Source: Rhodobacterales bacterium (lineage in GTDB: Bacteria > Pseudomonadota > Alphaproteobacteria > Rhodobacterales > Rhodobacteraceae). From it: a stretch of 64,000 nucleotides of DNA. Below, piece after piece: positions 1 to 11,414 of the stretch (within the stretch, counting starts at the first letter, position 1; every line of letters starts with the position of its first letter). A program made the position numbers and the translations under genes. Below the pieces are notes generated by a model, which worked only from the letters and a program-made list of their open reading frames with translations, was not told the origin of the DNA and made no database searches. The stretch covers positions 12,895 to 76,894 of the forward strand of contig JAYUGA010000323.1 of NCBI GenBank assembly GCA_043738565.1, read 5' to 3'.

Positions 1-281
1 AGGGCATGGTGATCTACTACCCCGATTTCTCGACCCATCGCGGGCAACCGGGGGTCTATGTGCAGGATATCTATGTGGAACCTGCGGCGCGGGGTTCGGG
101 CATGGCGCAACGCCTGCTGGCCGCCGTCCTGCAGCACCAGACCTGGGGTGCCCGCTACCTGACCCTCGGCGTCAGCCCCGACAACCTTGTGGCCAACCGC
201 TTTTACGCGCGACTTGGCTTTCGCCATCGCGGTTATGATTTTCTGATCCTCGACGGCGACCACTTGAAAGCCCTGCCATGA
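1..281 (+). CDS. GNAT-family N-acetyltransferase, C-terminal part (5' end lies outside the window)
   Basis: ORF 6..281. It has the acetyl-CoA pocket-like VEPAARGSGMAQRLL and the C-terminal NRFYARLGF typical of the GNAT fold. Its stop overlaps the next start (ATGA at 278-281). Confidence 0.7.
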   Translation, partial: GMVIYYPDFSTHRGQPGVYVQDIYVEPAARGSGMAQRLLAAVLQHQTWGARYLTLGVSPDNLVANRFYARLGFRHRGYDFLILDGDHLKALP

Positions 282-1288
282 TCACCGTTTGCGATGCCGC
301 CCAAAGCGCCCACGACCCGCAGTTCTTCCTGTCCTCCGGTGCCCTGAAACCCTGCCCCGAGAAACCCGCCCGCATCCCGGCGCTGCTGCAAGCCGCCCGC
401 CGTTTCGGCCCGGTGGTCGCCCCACCCGACAAGGGTCTGCGCCCGATTGCCGCCCTGCATTCCGCCCGCTATCTGACCTTCCTCGAAACCATCCACCCAC
501 GCTGGTCGCGCATCGCAGGGGCCAGCCCGGAAGTCATCGCCAGTATCCACCCCGCCACCCGCGCCGATGGCTACCCGCTGTCCGCCGTGGGGCAGGCCGG
601 GTTCCACATGACCGACACCTCCTGCCCGATCGGCCCGCAGACCTGGACCTCTGCCTATGCCAGCGCCCAGACCGCGATCCATGCCGCCGACCTGACCCAT
701 GACGGCCAGATGGCCTATGCCCTGTGCCGCCCGCCCGGCCACCATGCGTTCAGCGATCTGGCTGGCGGCTTTTGCTACCTCAACAATTCCGCCATCGCCG
801 CCGAACGCCTGCGCGCCGCCGGTCGCAGGCCGGTCATTCTGGACGTGGACCTGCACCACGGCAACGGCACGCAAGGCATCTTCTACCACCGCGCCGATGT
901 GCTGACCGTCTCGATCCATGCCCATCCCGAGCGGTTCTATCCGTTCTTCTGGGGCTACGCCGACGAAACCGGCGTTCAGGAAGGCGAAGGGGCCAACCTC
1001 AACCTGCCCCTGCCCCGTGGCACTGGCGACGTGGCTTTCCTGCACACGCTTGACAAGGCTTTTGTCAAAATCGGTGATTGGCGGGCCGATACAATCGTGC
1101 TGGCCCTTGGCCTCGATGCCTTTGTTGGCGACCCGTTTGCCGGGCTTGGCGTGACGACGAACGGCTTTGCCGAAATCAGCCGCGCCATTCGCCGACTGAA
1201 CCTGCCGACCGTGATCATTCAGGAAGGCGGCTATCTGTGCCCCGAACTGGGCGACAACCTTGCCGCAGTTCTGGGGGAATGGGCGTGA
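278..1288 (+). CDS. Histone deacetylase-family protein (acetylpolyamine/acetoin-type amidohydrolase)
   Basis: 336-aa ORF with the HDAC active-site signatures PPGHHAF and DVDLHHGNGTQ, and EGGY near the C-terminus. Confidence 0.85.
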   Translation: MITVCDAAQSAHDPQFFLSSGALKPCPEKPARIPALLQAARRFGPVVAPPDKGLRPIAALHSARYLTFLETIHPRWSRIAGASPEVIASIHPATRADGYPLSAVGQAGFHMTDTSCPIGPQTWTSAYASAQTAIHAADLTHDGQMAYALCRPPGHHAFSDLAGGFCYLNNSAIAAERLRAAGRRPVILDVDLHHGNGTQGIFYHRADVLTVSIHAHPERFYPFFWGYADETGVQEGEGANLNLPLPRGTGDVAFLHTLDKAFVKIGDWRADTIVLALGLDAFVGDPFAGLGVTTNGFAEISRAIRRLNLPTVIIQEGGYLCPELGDNLAAVLGEWA

Positions 1289-2202
1289 TCAAAGGCTCCT
1301 CCGCCCCCCTGATCGGCGTTGGCCTGATGCTGCTGGCGATGGCGATCCTACCCGGCATCGACGTGATCGCCAAATACATGGGCCGCGGCGGCATGCCGGT
1401 GATGGAGCTGGTCTGGGCACGGCTGACCTTTGGCGCGGTGCTGACCGCCCCTTTCGCCCTTCGCCACAAAGGCTTGCCGGGTCTGATCCCCGACCGGCCG
1501 TTCTATCACGCGCTCAGGGCCAGCCTGCTGATTTCCGCCGCTTTCACCTTCTTCCTGTCGCTCAAATTCCTGCCCATCGCCGACGCCCTGGCGATCTTCT
1601 TCGTGCAGCCTCTGGTGGTCACCGCGCTGTCGCCGCTGATCCTGCACGAACAGGTCGGGCCGCGCCGCTGGGCTGCCGTCTGTGTCGGCTTCATTGGCAC
1701 CCTGATCATAATCCGCCCCGGCTTTGGCACGCTGAACCCCGGCAGCCTGCTGGCCTTGGCCGCCGGCATCTGTTTGGCGCTGTATTTCCTGATGACACGG
1801 CGGATTTCGGGGCAGCAAGCCGCCGTCCTGACCACGTTTCACACCAATGTCATCGGCGGGCTGATCGCCTCTGCCTTGGTGCTGCCGGTCTGGAAAATGC
1901 CAACTCCGGTCGAGTGGCTTTTGCTGATGGCATTGGCCGCCATCGCCAGCCTTGGCCACTATTTCATCGTCCGCGCTTATGATCATGCCGAGGCGTCGCT
2001 GCTGGCACCCTTGGCCTATACCGAGATGGTGACATCGACGATTCTGGGCCTGATCTTCTTTGGCGACTTCCCCGATGGCTGGACCTTTGTCGGCGTCGCC
2101 ATCCTGATCGCCAGCGCCATCTATATCTCGATCCGGGAACGGGCCAAGGGGCTGGCGGGACTGTCGGCCACCGCCGTTGCCACCCGGGAACTGTCGGATT
2201 GA
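1279..2202 (+). CDS. DMT-superfamily (EamA-type) transporter
   Basis: Start taken at the internal ATG 1279 (MGVIKGSS...). The Arg/Pro-rich N-terminal extension of ORF 1078..2202 looks non-coding. The protein is highly hydrophobic with two EamA-like halves. Confidence 0.8.
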   Translation: MGVIKGSSAPLIGVGLMLLAMAILPGIDVIAKYMGRGGMPVMELVWARLTFGAVLTAPFALRHKGLPGLIPDRPFYHALRASLLISAAFTFFLSLKFLPIADALAIFFVQPLVVTALSPLILHEQVGPRRWAAVCVGFIGTLIIIRPGFGTLNPGSLLALAAGICLALYFLMTRRISGQQAAVLTTFHTNVIGGLIASALVLPVWKMPTPVEWLLLMALAAIASLGHYFIVRAYDHAEASLLAPLAYTEMVTSTILGLIFFGDFPDGWTFVGVAILIASAIYISIRERAKGLAGLSATAVATRELSD

Positions 2203-2777
2203 CCGGGTGGCAAAGCCTGATTGGCGGGCTGGCGGGCGCTTTGTCTCTGGCGGGATTCGGGCTGTATGTCTGGTCCACCCTTTTCGGCCGGACCAGACCG
2301 AACCGCGCGACATGGTGGGTGCTGACGCTGGTCGGCGTGATGATCGCGTCCAGCTATTTCGCCGCAGGGGCGCGCAACACGATCTGGATTCCAGTGAGTT
2401 ACGTCGCAGGCCCCTTGATCGTGGCGCTGCTGTCGCTGAAATACGGTGAGGGCGAATGGGAGGCTCTGGACCTCTATTGCGTGATTGCCGCCGTGATCAG
2501 CGCCTTGGTCTGGCTGGTGTTCAACGCTCCGTTGGCCACTTTGCTGATCAACATCGGGATGGATTTCATCGCCTTGATCCCGACGATCAAGAAATCCTGG
2601 GCACGCCCCGATGGCGAGGACCGCACCGCCTGGGCCTTGGAAACCGCCGCCTGTGCGCTGAATGTGGTGGCGGTGGAAAGCTGGGTCTGGGGCATCGCGC
2701 TGTATCCCGTCTACCTGGTGCTGATGAACGGCGCGATCACGTTGCTGCTGTATCGCGGCAGGTTCGTCGCGCGGTAG
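2199..2777 (+). CDS. Hypothetical polytopic membrane protein
   Basis: 192-aa hydrophobic ORF with GC3-rich codons. A TTG start overlaps the upstream stop (TTGA). The start is uncertain and no family was recognised. Confidence 0.5.
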   Translation: MTGWQSLIGGLAGALSLAGFGLYVWSTLFGRTRPNRATWWVLTLVGVMIASSYFAAGARNTIWIPVSYVAGPLIVALLSLKYGEGEWEALDLYCVIAAVISALVWLVFNAPLATLLINIGMDFIALIPTIKKSWARPDGEDRTAWALETAACALNVVAVESWVWGIALYPVYLVLMNGAITLLLYRGRFVAR

Positions 2778-3039
2778 GTGAGATTTTGCGGCGTCGATCG
2801 CCATTCATGAACGCCTGGTAAATTGCAGAATCTTAACCCATTGATTTCATGTTGTTTCGAAAAACGTCCAGAACTGGACACCCTTACCCCCCATCCCCCG
2901 GCAACCCATTCCGCGTCACCTGACGCATAGGGCCGAGCACCGGTGCAGCCCCGGACCTGCGGCCGCAGCGGGTCGGACGAGGCCATTTCATTGTGGTGGC
3001 CGCTGACGGAGGGGCCGGGAACGAAATGGGCTTGCAGGG

Positions 3040-4829
3040 TCACGACTTGGCTCCGGCAAATGCCTGCTCCAGAAATGCTGCGGTACGGGTCAGATAGGCA
3101 GCGACATTGCTGCGACGAAAGACGCCGTGGCCCTCGTCTTCGAACAGCAGCAGCTCATGGGGAATGCCCGCCGCCGTCAGTTCCCGCACGGCGGTGTGGG
3201 TATTTTCCGGCCCGACATTGTTGTCGGCAAGACCGTGGACGATCATCAGATGACCCTAGATCTGGTGGATGAAATTGCCGGGGCCGGCATTGGCATATTT
3301 CTCGGGGAACTGTTCCGGCGTGCCACCCATCATCTCTTCCGAATAGGCGCGGCCGTGCGGCATTTCGGTCGCGTGATAGTCGATGTCCAACCGGTACATG
3401 CCGCACATAGGAATGGCGGCATTCACCAGATCGGAATGGCGGGTGATGGCAAACCAACTGGAAAAGTCGCCATAGGAATTGCCCGCAACCGCAATCATTC
3501 CCTTTGTAGCATAACCTTGCGCGATGGCCGCCTCGATACCGGCGCGGATATCTGCCTGTTCACGTCCACCCCAGCCATCTGCCTTGACCGCCTCGCGCCA
3601 AGCAGACCCAAAACCGGTCGAGCCGCGATAGTTGAGGTCCAGCACCGTGTAACCCGCTTGCACCCAAAAGCCGATCTTGGGGTTGACCCAATCCTCGGAA
3701 TGCCAGGTCAAGCCGCCGTGAACATAAGCGATAAAGCCTTTCGACGGGCCTGCGGGTTCGTAAGGCAAACCCTGACACTTCGACCCATCGACCGATTCCC
3801 AACAGAATTCCCGACCCGCCCGATGCTGCCGCGTTGATTGTGCTGCTGTCCATAGTGGCACCCACGACCCATCCGGCATGACCCGCAGCAAGTCGTGCGG
3901 GGCATCTCCGTCATAGGCCTCGGCGATCCCGCCACCATCTGGCAAAGACGCGTGGGGCAGCAGGGTTCGCCGCCCCGACATGTTGGGAAAGCCACCGGAT
4001 ACAACCGTATGTGAATGATCGTGCGCAATGCGAATAAGTTCGCCGTTATGCCCCGGCAGAACCTCGTGAGGCAGCAGAACCGGCTCGCCTCCCCGCCATT
4101 CAACCGCGCCTGTGGAGATCGTCAAAACCCCAAGTAATCGGATCGTTCGCCGTCTGTGATAAAGGCGATGCAATCCTCGGAAATCCACGCGCCACGGGTG
4201 TTGTTCGTGTCGCCAAGGCACAGAACTTCCCGCAGATTTCTACCTTCCAGGTTGATCAACCATAGCTGCGTCGACCCTGGCGAACGATCGTTCATGTTTA
4301 AAAGAATACCTTGACCGGATGGCGACAGGCTGGGCGGGCGGTCGAAGAAATGCTGGGTATTTGTCAGACATTTCCTGGCGCCCGTCGTCAGATCTTGCAG
4401 CCAGACCATGCCGCCGTCGATGACCTGTTCGTTAACGTAATCGTAATCGGTGCAGAAGATGATTGCGCGCCCGTTTCGGGTCAGCTTGCCGCCATTGACA
4501 TAGTGGGTGTGCTGTTTGGGGGTCAGCAGGTGCAAACGGTTTCCGACCCGGCGATCCAGCAGCAGCAAGTGGTCATGTTCGCTGGCGTGACGAGATTGGG
4601 CAAGGATCAGAACCATGCCGTCCGCCGAAACATCGCGGATCAGGTGATGGTCGGTCCCCAAGCTCAGTTGTTCGGGCGGGCCGCTGCCATCGGTGCGGAC
4701 GGCGTAGACCTCGTCGACTTCATTCAGGCCCCAAGCGCAGAAAAAAGCCCATTTGCCGTCCGCCGAGGCGTGGATGCTGGACAGTTGCGGCAGGGCGACC
4801 CAGGCTTGAGCTAGTTTGTGAACGTTCAT
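3040..4829 (-). pseudogene. S9 (prolyl oligopeptidase family) serine peptidase, disrupted
   Basis: The N-terminal propeller-like part is in the ORF 4122..5591 frame, starting at MNVHKLAQAW. The hydrolase domain has the nucleophile elbow GNSYG, then MIVHGLADNNV and EDEGHG. A frameshift lies at C-run 4128-4131 and an in-frame TAG at 3256-3258. Confidence 0.75.
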
Positions 4830-5801
4830 TCCAGTCTCGACGAAATGGTAGGCGGCTTGTCTGCCACCCAAGTCGCGCAATTCCGGGCGTTCGCCACGAC
4901 AGCGGGCTTGGGCTGCAGGGCAACGGCTGGCGAAGACGCAGCCGTGCGGTGGGTTCAGAACCGAGGGCAACTCGCCTTGCAAGGATTGGCCGATCCGGCC
5001 CTTTTCGCGTTTGGGATCGGGTTCCGGGACAGCGAGCATCAGGGCTTTGGAATAGGGATGCAGGGGCTTGGCGTAAAAGGCGTCGTGCGGAGCGGATTCG
5101 ACCACCCGGCCAAGGCACATCAACATGACGTCATGGCTGATGTGGCGCACGACGGCGAGGTTGTGCGAGATGAAAACGAGGCCGAGGCCATGCTGATCTT
5201 GCAGGTCCATCAACAGGTTAACCACCTGCGCCTGAATGGACACGCCCAGCGCCGAAACCGGTTCTTCGCAAAGGATCGGCCTGGGGCGCCCGATGATGGC
5301 GCGGGCGATGCCGACCCGTTGTGCCTGACCTCCGGACAGTTCGTGGGCGTAACGCTGCGCGAAATCGGCGGAAAGACCGACAAGACGCAGCGCCTCAATG
5401 GCCTGGTTGTTGAGTATGGCGCGGCTAAGGCCGGGTTCTAAGGTGGCAAGGGGGCGCGAGACGATGCGACCGAAGGTCATTCGCGGGTCGAGGGCGGCAA
5501 CAGGGCCCTGGAAGATGATCTGCATTTCCGAACGGCGTTTGCGCAGGGTGCCCTCCGGCATTGCGGCCATATCCTCGCCTTGCCACAACACGCTGCCGGA
5601 GGTTGGTTTGATCTAGCGCAGCAGGGCGCGGCCAAGAGTGGATTTGCCGCAGCCGCTTTCGCCGGCGACACCCAGTGTGCGGCCCGGTTCCAGCGACAGG
5701 TTGTTATCATGGACGATGGTCAAGATCCGTGGACGGGCGAAAATGCCCGCACCGGCAATGGGATAGCCGACTTCCAGATGCCGGGCTTGCAGCAGCGTCA
5801 T
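4830..5801 (-). pseudogene. Peptide ABC transporter ATP-binding protein (DppF/OppF-like), disrupted
   Basis: Walker A GESGCGKST and signature LSGGQAQR are present. An in-frame TAG at 5613-5615 interrupts ALLR*IKPTSG. The Walker B region reads ILCEEPVSALG, where family members normally have ADEPxSALD. No in-frame stop precedes the peptidase ATG at 4829. Confidence 0.8.
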
Positions 5802-6769
5802 GCGGCACCTGTCAGATGGCAGACGGCTTGGCGGCCCGGCGCGATGGTTTTGAGAGGTGGCTGGGTAATCTCGCAAGCGGCGATTTTCACCGTGCAGCGC
5901 GGAGCAAAGGGGCAGCCTGGCAGCATCGCGCCACCGGATCGTGGGGTGCCCGGGGTGGTGCCGAGGCGTGGCGTCAGGGCATTTGCAAGGCGGGGTGTGG
6001 CGGCGAGCAGGCCTTGCGAATGGGGATGCGCGGGGTTTGCGAACAATTGTTCGGCGCCGGCTTCCTCGATGATCCGCCCACCATACACAACGATCACCCG
6101 GTCGCACAGGTGAGTGACGACGTCGAGGTCGTGGGTTACAAGAATGATGGCAGTGTCGATTTCGCGGCCCAATTCGGCCATCAGGTCAAGCACTTGCGCC
6201 TGAGTGGCAATGTCCAGCGCGGTGGTGGGTTCGTCAGCCAAGAGCAGCGCGGGGCGGGCCAGCAAGGCCATTGCGATCATCACGCTCTGCCGCATGCCGC
6301 CGGAGAATTCGTGGGGGTAATGGCGGGCGCGGCGGGCGGCATCAGGGATTCTGACGCGGTCAAGCATGGCAGTGGCGGCCTTCCATGCTTCGGTTTTCGA
6401 CAGGCTTTTGTGAACGCGCAAGCCTTCCGCCATCTGGTCGCCGACCCGCATATAGGGGTTGAGCGAGGTCATCGGGTCTTGGAAAATCATCGACAGGGTG
6501 ACGCCGCGCAATCGGTCCAATGCGGCGGGCGGCAGGGCCGGCAGGTCCTGGCGCTGGAAATTGGCCGTCCCTGTCGCGGTGCCGTTGGACGCCAAAAGGC
6601 CCATCAGGCTGAACAAAATCTGGCTTTTGCCCGAGCCGCTTTCGCCGACAATGCCCGGAACCTCGCCCGGTGCCACGTCGAAACTCACCCGGTCAACGGC
6701 GGTCATCGCCCCGACCGGCAGGCGAAAGCTGACCTTGAGGTCGCGGACGGACAAGAGGCTATCGGTCAT
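5798..6769 (-). CDS. Peptide ABC transporter ATP-binding protein (DppD/OppD-like), apparently intact
   Basis: Walker A GESGSGKS, signature FSGGMRQ, Walker B LLLADEPTTALD and a C-terminal CPFAPRC motif. The stop overlaps the downstream start (ATGA). Confidence 0.85.
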   Translation of the reverse strand: MTDSLLSVRDLKVSFRLPVGAMTAVDRVSFDVAPGEVPGIVGESGSGKSQILFSLMGLLASNGTATGTANFQRQDLPALPPAALDRLRGVTLSMIFQDPMTSLNPYMRVGDQMAEGLRVHKSLSKTEAWKAATAMLDRVRIPDAARRARHYPHEFSGGMRQSVMIAMALLARPALLLADEPTTALDIATQAQVLDLMAELGREIDTAIILVTHDLDVVTHLCDRVIVVYGGRIIEEAGAEQLFANPAHPHSQGLLAATPRLANALTPRLGTTPGTPRSGGAMLPGCPFAPRCTVKIAACEITQPPLKTIAPGRQAVCHLTGAA

Positions 6770-7625
6770 TGGGGTCAAAGGCGTCCCTAAGACCATCGGC
6801 GATGAAATTGAGGCAGAACAGGACCATAGCCAGCAAGATACCCGGCAGCAGCAGCAAGCGCAGGTCGGTGTCCATCGCAGAAGTGCCAGTCTGGATCAGG
6901 TTGCCCCAACTGGCCTGCGGTTCCTTGATGCCGATGCCGAGGAAGCTCAGGAAACTCTCGGACAGGATCAGTTCGGGCACCAGCAGCGAGCCATAGACGA
7001 TGACCACGCTCGCGCAGTTCGGCACGATATGTTCCAGCACGATCTGCCACGGCGTCATGCCAGCGGCCCGCGCCGCCTCGACAAATTCGCGCTTGGATAG
7101 GCTTTCGGCCTGGGCGCGGACGATGACAGCGGGGGTGAGCCACAGGATGAAGGCGATGGCGGCGAACAAGGCCACGTTGCCGCCGCCGAACAGCAGGCTG
7201 AGCAGGATCACCAAAATGACATAGGGAAACCCCTACAGCAATTCGACCGTGCGCATCATCAACCGGTCGGTGCGGCCGCCGGCATAACCCGCCACGGCCC
7301 CACATAACACGCCGATCAAGCCAGCGGTAACGGCGCCGAGAAAGCCAATGGTGAGCGAGACGCGGCCACCCTCCAGCACCCGTACCAAGAGATCGCGGCC
7401 AAAATCATGGGTTCCGAACGGGTGGCGAGACGCGAAGTCGATGGGTGCGCCGATATAGTCGAAATCGGCATCCCAGCCGCTGAAGGGAAAGGCAAAGGGG
7501 CCAAAGAAGCAGGCCAATGCGATCAGGGCCAGCACGGTCACGGAAACCATCGCAAGGCGGTTCTGGGCAAAGCGACGCAGTTGGAGCTGGAAGGTGGAAA
7601 GGGACCGGGATGCCAGATCAACCAT
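6759..7625 (-). pseudogene. Peptide ABC transporter permease (DppC/OppC-like), disrupted
   Basis: Two co-linear ORFs (7233..7646 and 6759..7214) lie in the same frame. They are separated only by TAG at 7233-7235, giving RTVELL*GFPYVILVILL. Confidence 0.8.
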
Positions 7626-8541
7626 GACCGCGCATCTTAGGGTCAAGCCTGCCGCGCACCAGATCGGTCAGGATATTGAAAAGGATCAACAAAGCGCCGT
7701 ACAGCAGCGTGATCCCCATCACCGGCGGATAGTCGCGGTTCAGGGCGGCATCTACGAAATGGCGGCCAATGCCGGGGACGGCAAAGATCGTCTCGATCAG
7801 GACCGAGCCGGTGATGATCCCCGCTGTGGCCGGCCCAAGATAGGCGATCACCGGCAGCAATACGCCCCTCAGCGTGTGCATGACCAGCGTGCGGCGTGCT
7901 CCGATCCCCTTGGCGCGGGCGGTGCGGACGTAGGTTTCCCGCATCGTGTCGATCATCGAGTCACGGGTCAGGCGTGAGATATAGGCGATGTTGGGCAGGC
8001 TGAGCACCAGCGCCGGCATGACCAAAGACCGCCAGCCCGGATCAGAGCCGCCGACCGGCAGTCAGTTCAGTTTCAGCGCAAAGATGACCTGACACAATGG
8101 CCCGATCACAAAGATCGGCACCGCAACCCCGATGACGCCGACCACCCCGGCCAGATAATCGGTGGCGGTATTGCGGCGCAGCGCCCCGGCAATCCCCAAG
8201 CCAATGCCGACCAGTGCGGCGACGACAATCGCCAAAAGACCGATGGTCAGCGAATAGGGCAAGCCAGAAAGGATCAGATCGCTGACCAAATAATCGCGGA
8301 ACCTTGTCGAGGGGCCAAAGTCGAAATGCAGCAACCCCCAGACATAGCGAGTGAATTGCTGCCAGACCGGTTCATCCAGATGGAAGGCCGCCTTGATGTT
8401 CGCCAGCACCTCCGGCGAGATTTTGCGGGTCTTGGAAAACGGCCCGCCGGGCGCCAGGCGCATGCCAAAGAAGGACAAAGTGACCAGCGCCAGCAGTGTC
8501 AGCCCGCCCTCCCACAGCCGCTTTCCGACGAATCTCGGCAA
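7618..8541 (-). pseudogene. Peptide ABC transporter permease (DppB/OppB-like), disrupted
   Basis: ORFs 8062..8541 and 7618..8025 lie in the same frame. TGA at 8062-8064 sits where family members have Trp (FALKLN*LPVGG). Confidence 0.8.
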
Positions 8542-8611
8542 CCTGAACCTTTCATCTGTCCCTAAATATCCCGGGGAGTCCGGCGGGCTGGCCCCCCGGC
8601 CTATCCACCAG

Positions 8612-10192
8612 CTAGTCCAGCGTCAGGAATTGCGAATTGTTGTAGCCCGCCGGCGAGTTTGACCAGCCATGCACCGTGGGTTTGACCAGATGGCGGTACG
8701 GGAACGGCGAGATCGGGCAAAGATATTCGTCCAGAAGGATCTTTTCGGCCTTGGCCAGCGCCTCATACCGCGCCGGGCGGCCGGCGATCCTGGACGCCAC
8801 ATCCATCGCCGCATCGTATTCGGGTTTCACCCAGTTATACCCCGGCTCGGCAGAGGGGCGCTGGTAGGACAAAAAGGTTTCCGGCCCCGGGTAATCGCCG
8901 ACAAGGTCGTCGGAAAACACATCCCAACCGCCGGCATAGAATGCATCGAGCCACGCCTTGCGCTCCATCGGCTCGTTGCTGGCCTCAGACCCCCAGCACC
9001 TTTTTCCACATCAGCGCCACGCCCTGCGCCCGCCGGGTGGCATCTTCAGACACGGTGGAGACGATGTTGATTTTCAACGGGTTATCCGGCCCGTATCCAG
9101 CTTTGGCATACAACTCCTTCGCCAATGCCTCCCGCCCGGCCTGGCTCATCGTCGCTTCGGCGATCTGCGGTCCGTGGTAATCGGCATCAAAGCCACCGGC
9201 AAAGGAATAGGTCGGGATCGAGCCGCCCTTGACGATCTTGCCCTCCAGCACATCGCGGTCGATCACCAGCGACAAGGCCCGGCGCAGATCGGGGTTCTTC
9301 ATCGGCTCCTGGGTCAGGTTGAAAGAATAATACAGGATTTCGGTCGATGGCCCGATCTGGACCTGATCCGGAACCCGCGCTTACAGCGCCTCGATCTGGT
9401 TCAAGGGAATGTCATAGGTGATGTCGATCTCACCGGCCTGATAGCGTTTCAACTCGGTCGCCACGTTTTAAGTCACCAGGTGTCTGACGAAGGGAATTTT
9501 GACATTGGCGGCGTCCCAGTAATTGGGGTTCCGCGCCAGCAGCACCTGGCCTTGCGGCACGATTTCCTTGATGATATCGGCTCCGTTAGACACCACCTGC
9601 GCCGGGTCGATGAACACAGCCGCGCCGTATTGTCTGAAACTGGGCGAGTGCAGCGGAGCGATCTGATAGGCGCCCATTAGTTGCAGCATGTCAGGTGCCG
9701 GGTTCAAAAGCTGGATGACCACAGTGCGCGGGTCAGGTTCTGTCACCCCCAGCGTGCTGACATCCGTGACCGTGCCATCGATCAGCTCCTTGGCGCCTTT
9801 GACCTGAATGACGGAGGAGAAATAATAGCCCTTCTCGGATGCGGTATCCTTGTTCATCGTCCGCAGCACCGAATTGACGAAATCCTGCGCCACCAGAGGA
9901 TCGCCGTTCGACCATTTCAGCCCATCGCGCAGGTGGAACGTGTAGGTCAGCCCGTCGGCGCTGACATCCCACTTTTCGGCGGCCCCGGCATGACATTGCC
10001 GGTGCCGTCAAAATTGATCAGCCCCTCATAGACATCCTGCTGAATCCACGCCGCCGCATCGAAATTGACCTGCGGGTCCAGCGATGACCATTCCGAACCG
10101 ACCCCACGATCCAGCGTGTCATCGGTAAAGACCGGTGCTGCGAGGCCAAGGATCAAAGCCAAGCCCAAACTTGCCAAACGCATCTTCTTCAC
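8612..10192 (-). pseudogene. Family-5 peptide/nickel substrate-binding protein (DppA/OppA-like), disrupted
   Basis: Four co-linear ORF pieces. The signal peptide is (VKK)MRLASLGLALILGLAAPVF. Lesions are a frameshift at C-run 9983-9986, TAA at 9468-9470, TAA at 9381-9383 and a 1-nt insertion near 8987 that creates TGA at 8985-8987. Confidence 0.8.
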
Positions 10193-10218
10193 GGCAAGCT
10201 CCCCGTTCTTGTTATCTC

Positions 10219-11335
10219 TCAGTCTGACAGCAGATCGTCGGTGCGGACAACCTTTTCGCCTGCAACATGCGCCAGCGATTGCCCGCGCAGGCAGAAGCGC
10301 CAGAGTTCGGTGCGAAACAGCATGCCCGCGACCGAGGCCGTGACCGAAAGACAGCGGCGGCTGACCGGATCGGTGACATGGGCCAGGGTCTGCCCCGCCT
10401 TGACCTGATCGCCAGGCCGCGCCAGCCATGACACCACACCGCCCTGCGGCGCATAAACCTCATCCGCGCCGCCCAGCGGCAGGTGCAGGGCGTCCGGATG
10501 GGCCGGTTTGTCGATCCAGCCCCGCACCGCGCGACGGCGGACAGAAAGGTCATCAGATTGGCGGCATCCTGAGCGGCGGTGGCATCGTCCACGTCAAACT
10601 GGCCGCGATATTCCAGCGTGCTGGAAAGGCAGCCGGAGGGGATCGGGAACGGTCGCCATAACGGGTGCGCAGGTGCAGCCACGGCACGGTATGGGCCTCG
10701 TCAAAGGCGTTGCCGCCCGAATCATCCTCGATCAGCGCCAGTTTGGCCCCGACAGCGCGGCACAAAAGTTCGGTGATCTCGGGGCGGGTGTTGGAGGCGT
10801 AGAGGTGCATGACCGCGAAATGGTCGCAATGCAGATCCAGCACGTAATCGGCATCGCAGGACCAGTTGAGCAAGGCAATCTGCAATTCCTGCACATCGGT
10901 GCGCGGGTCAAGCTCCGCCAATGCCCCCCGAAAGGCGCGGCGGATCAGATGCAGGTTTTCCTCTGCCGACCTGGTCAGAACACCGTCCAACGCGTCACCG
11001 ACCAGCTTGGCCAATTCGGGATAAGAGCGGTGGAAGTTTTGCAGACCTTCGGCGTCCTGCCGCCCAAGGGGGCGCTGATGGGTCCATTGCGCCAGGCCGA
11101 TCGGGTTGGCGGCGGGCACCACCAGCACCTCGCCCAGCACTCCGCCATAGCTTTCGGCCTGATCCAAGAGCGTCATCAGATGCTGCAATACCAGAACACC
11201 CGGCATCTCGTCGGCATGCAGACCGGCTTGCAGATAGACCTTTGGCCCCGAGCCTGCCGCACCATAGCGATACAGCGTCAGTTCGCGCCGCGTTCCGGCT
11301 GAGGCACCTGTCATCGGGCAGGTTTCAATCCGCAT
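10219..11335 (-). pseudogene. Succinylglutamate desuccinylase/aspartoacylase-family (M14-like) hydrolase, disrupted
   Basis: The N-terminal 220 aa are intact (YLQAGLHADEMPG, LDLHCD). The C-terminal part continues in two other frames (ORFs 10212..10682 and 10219..10527). Frameshifts lie near 10650 and near 10530. Confidence 0.7.
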
Positions 11336-11414
11336 CGAAATTATCCAGCTGGCTAATTCGCTAGAGGCCAGCTTGATCAGGGCCTGTCGATTCCGTCAAG
11401 CATAAGCACACGCG

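Noticed and set aside
1078-1278. N-terminal extensions offered by the ORF track. Examples are 1078 for the DMT transporter, 16195 for the cyclase, 19628 for iorB, 37951 for the ACAD, 45520 for ETF-QO, 48980 for ispE, 55434 for phaA and 56498 for the EAL protein.
   Set aside because: The extensions are Arg/Pro/Cys-rich and overlap upstream genes. Conserved family N-termini begin at internal ATG or GTG codons, often with start/stop overlaps or RBS-like purine tracts.
3256-7235. Three in-frame TAG codons in consecutive genes suggested stop-codon reassignment or programmed readthrough (for example pyrrolysine-like).
   Set aside because: In-frame TAA (9468, 9381) and TGA (8062) also occur in the same block, together with many frameshifts. 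TAG also terminates clearly intact genes here, such as the cyclase at 17197-17199 and the MBL hydrolase at 40764-40766. Decay or error is the simpler reading.
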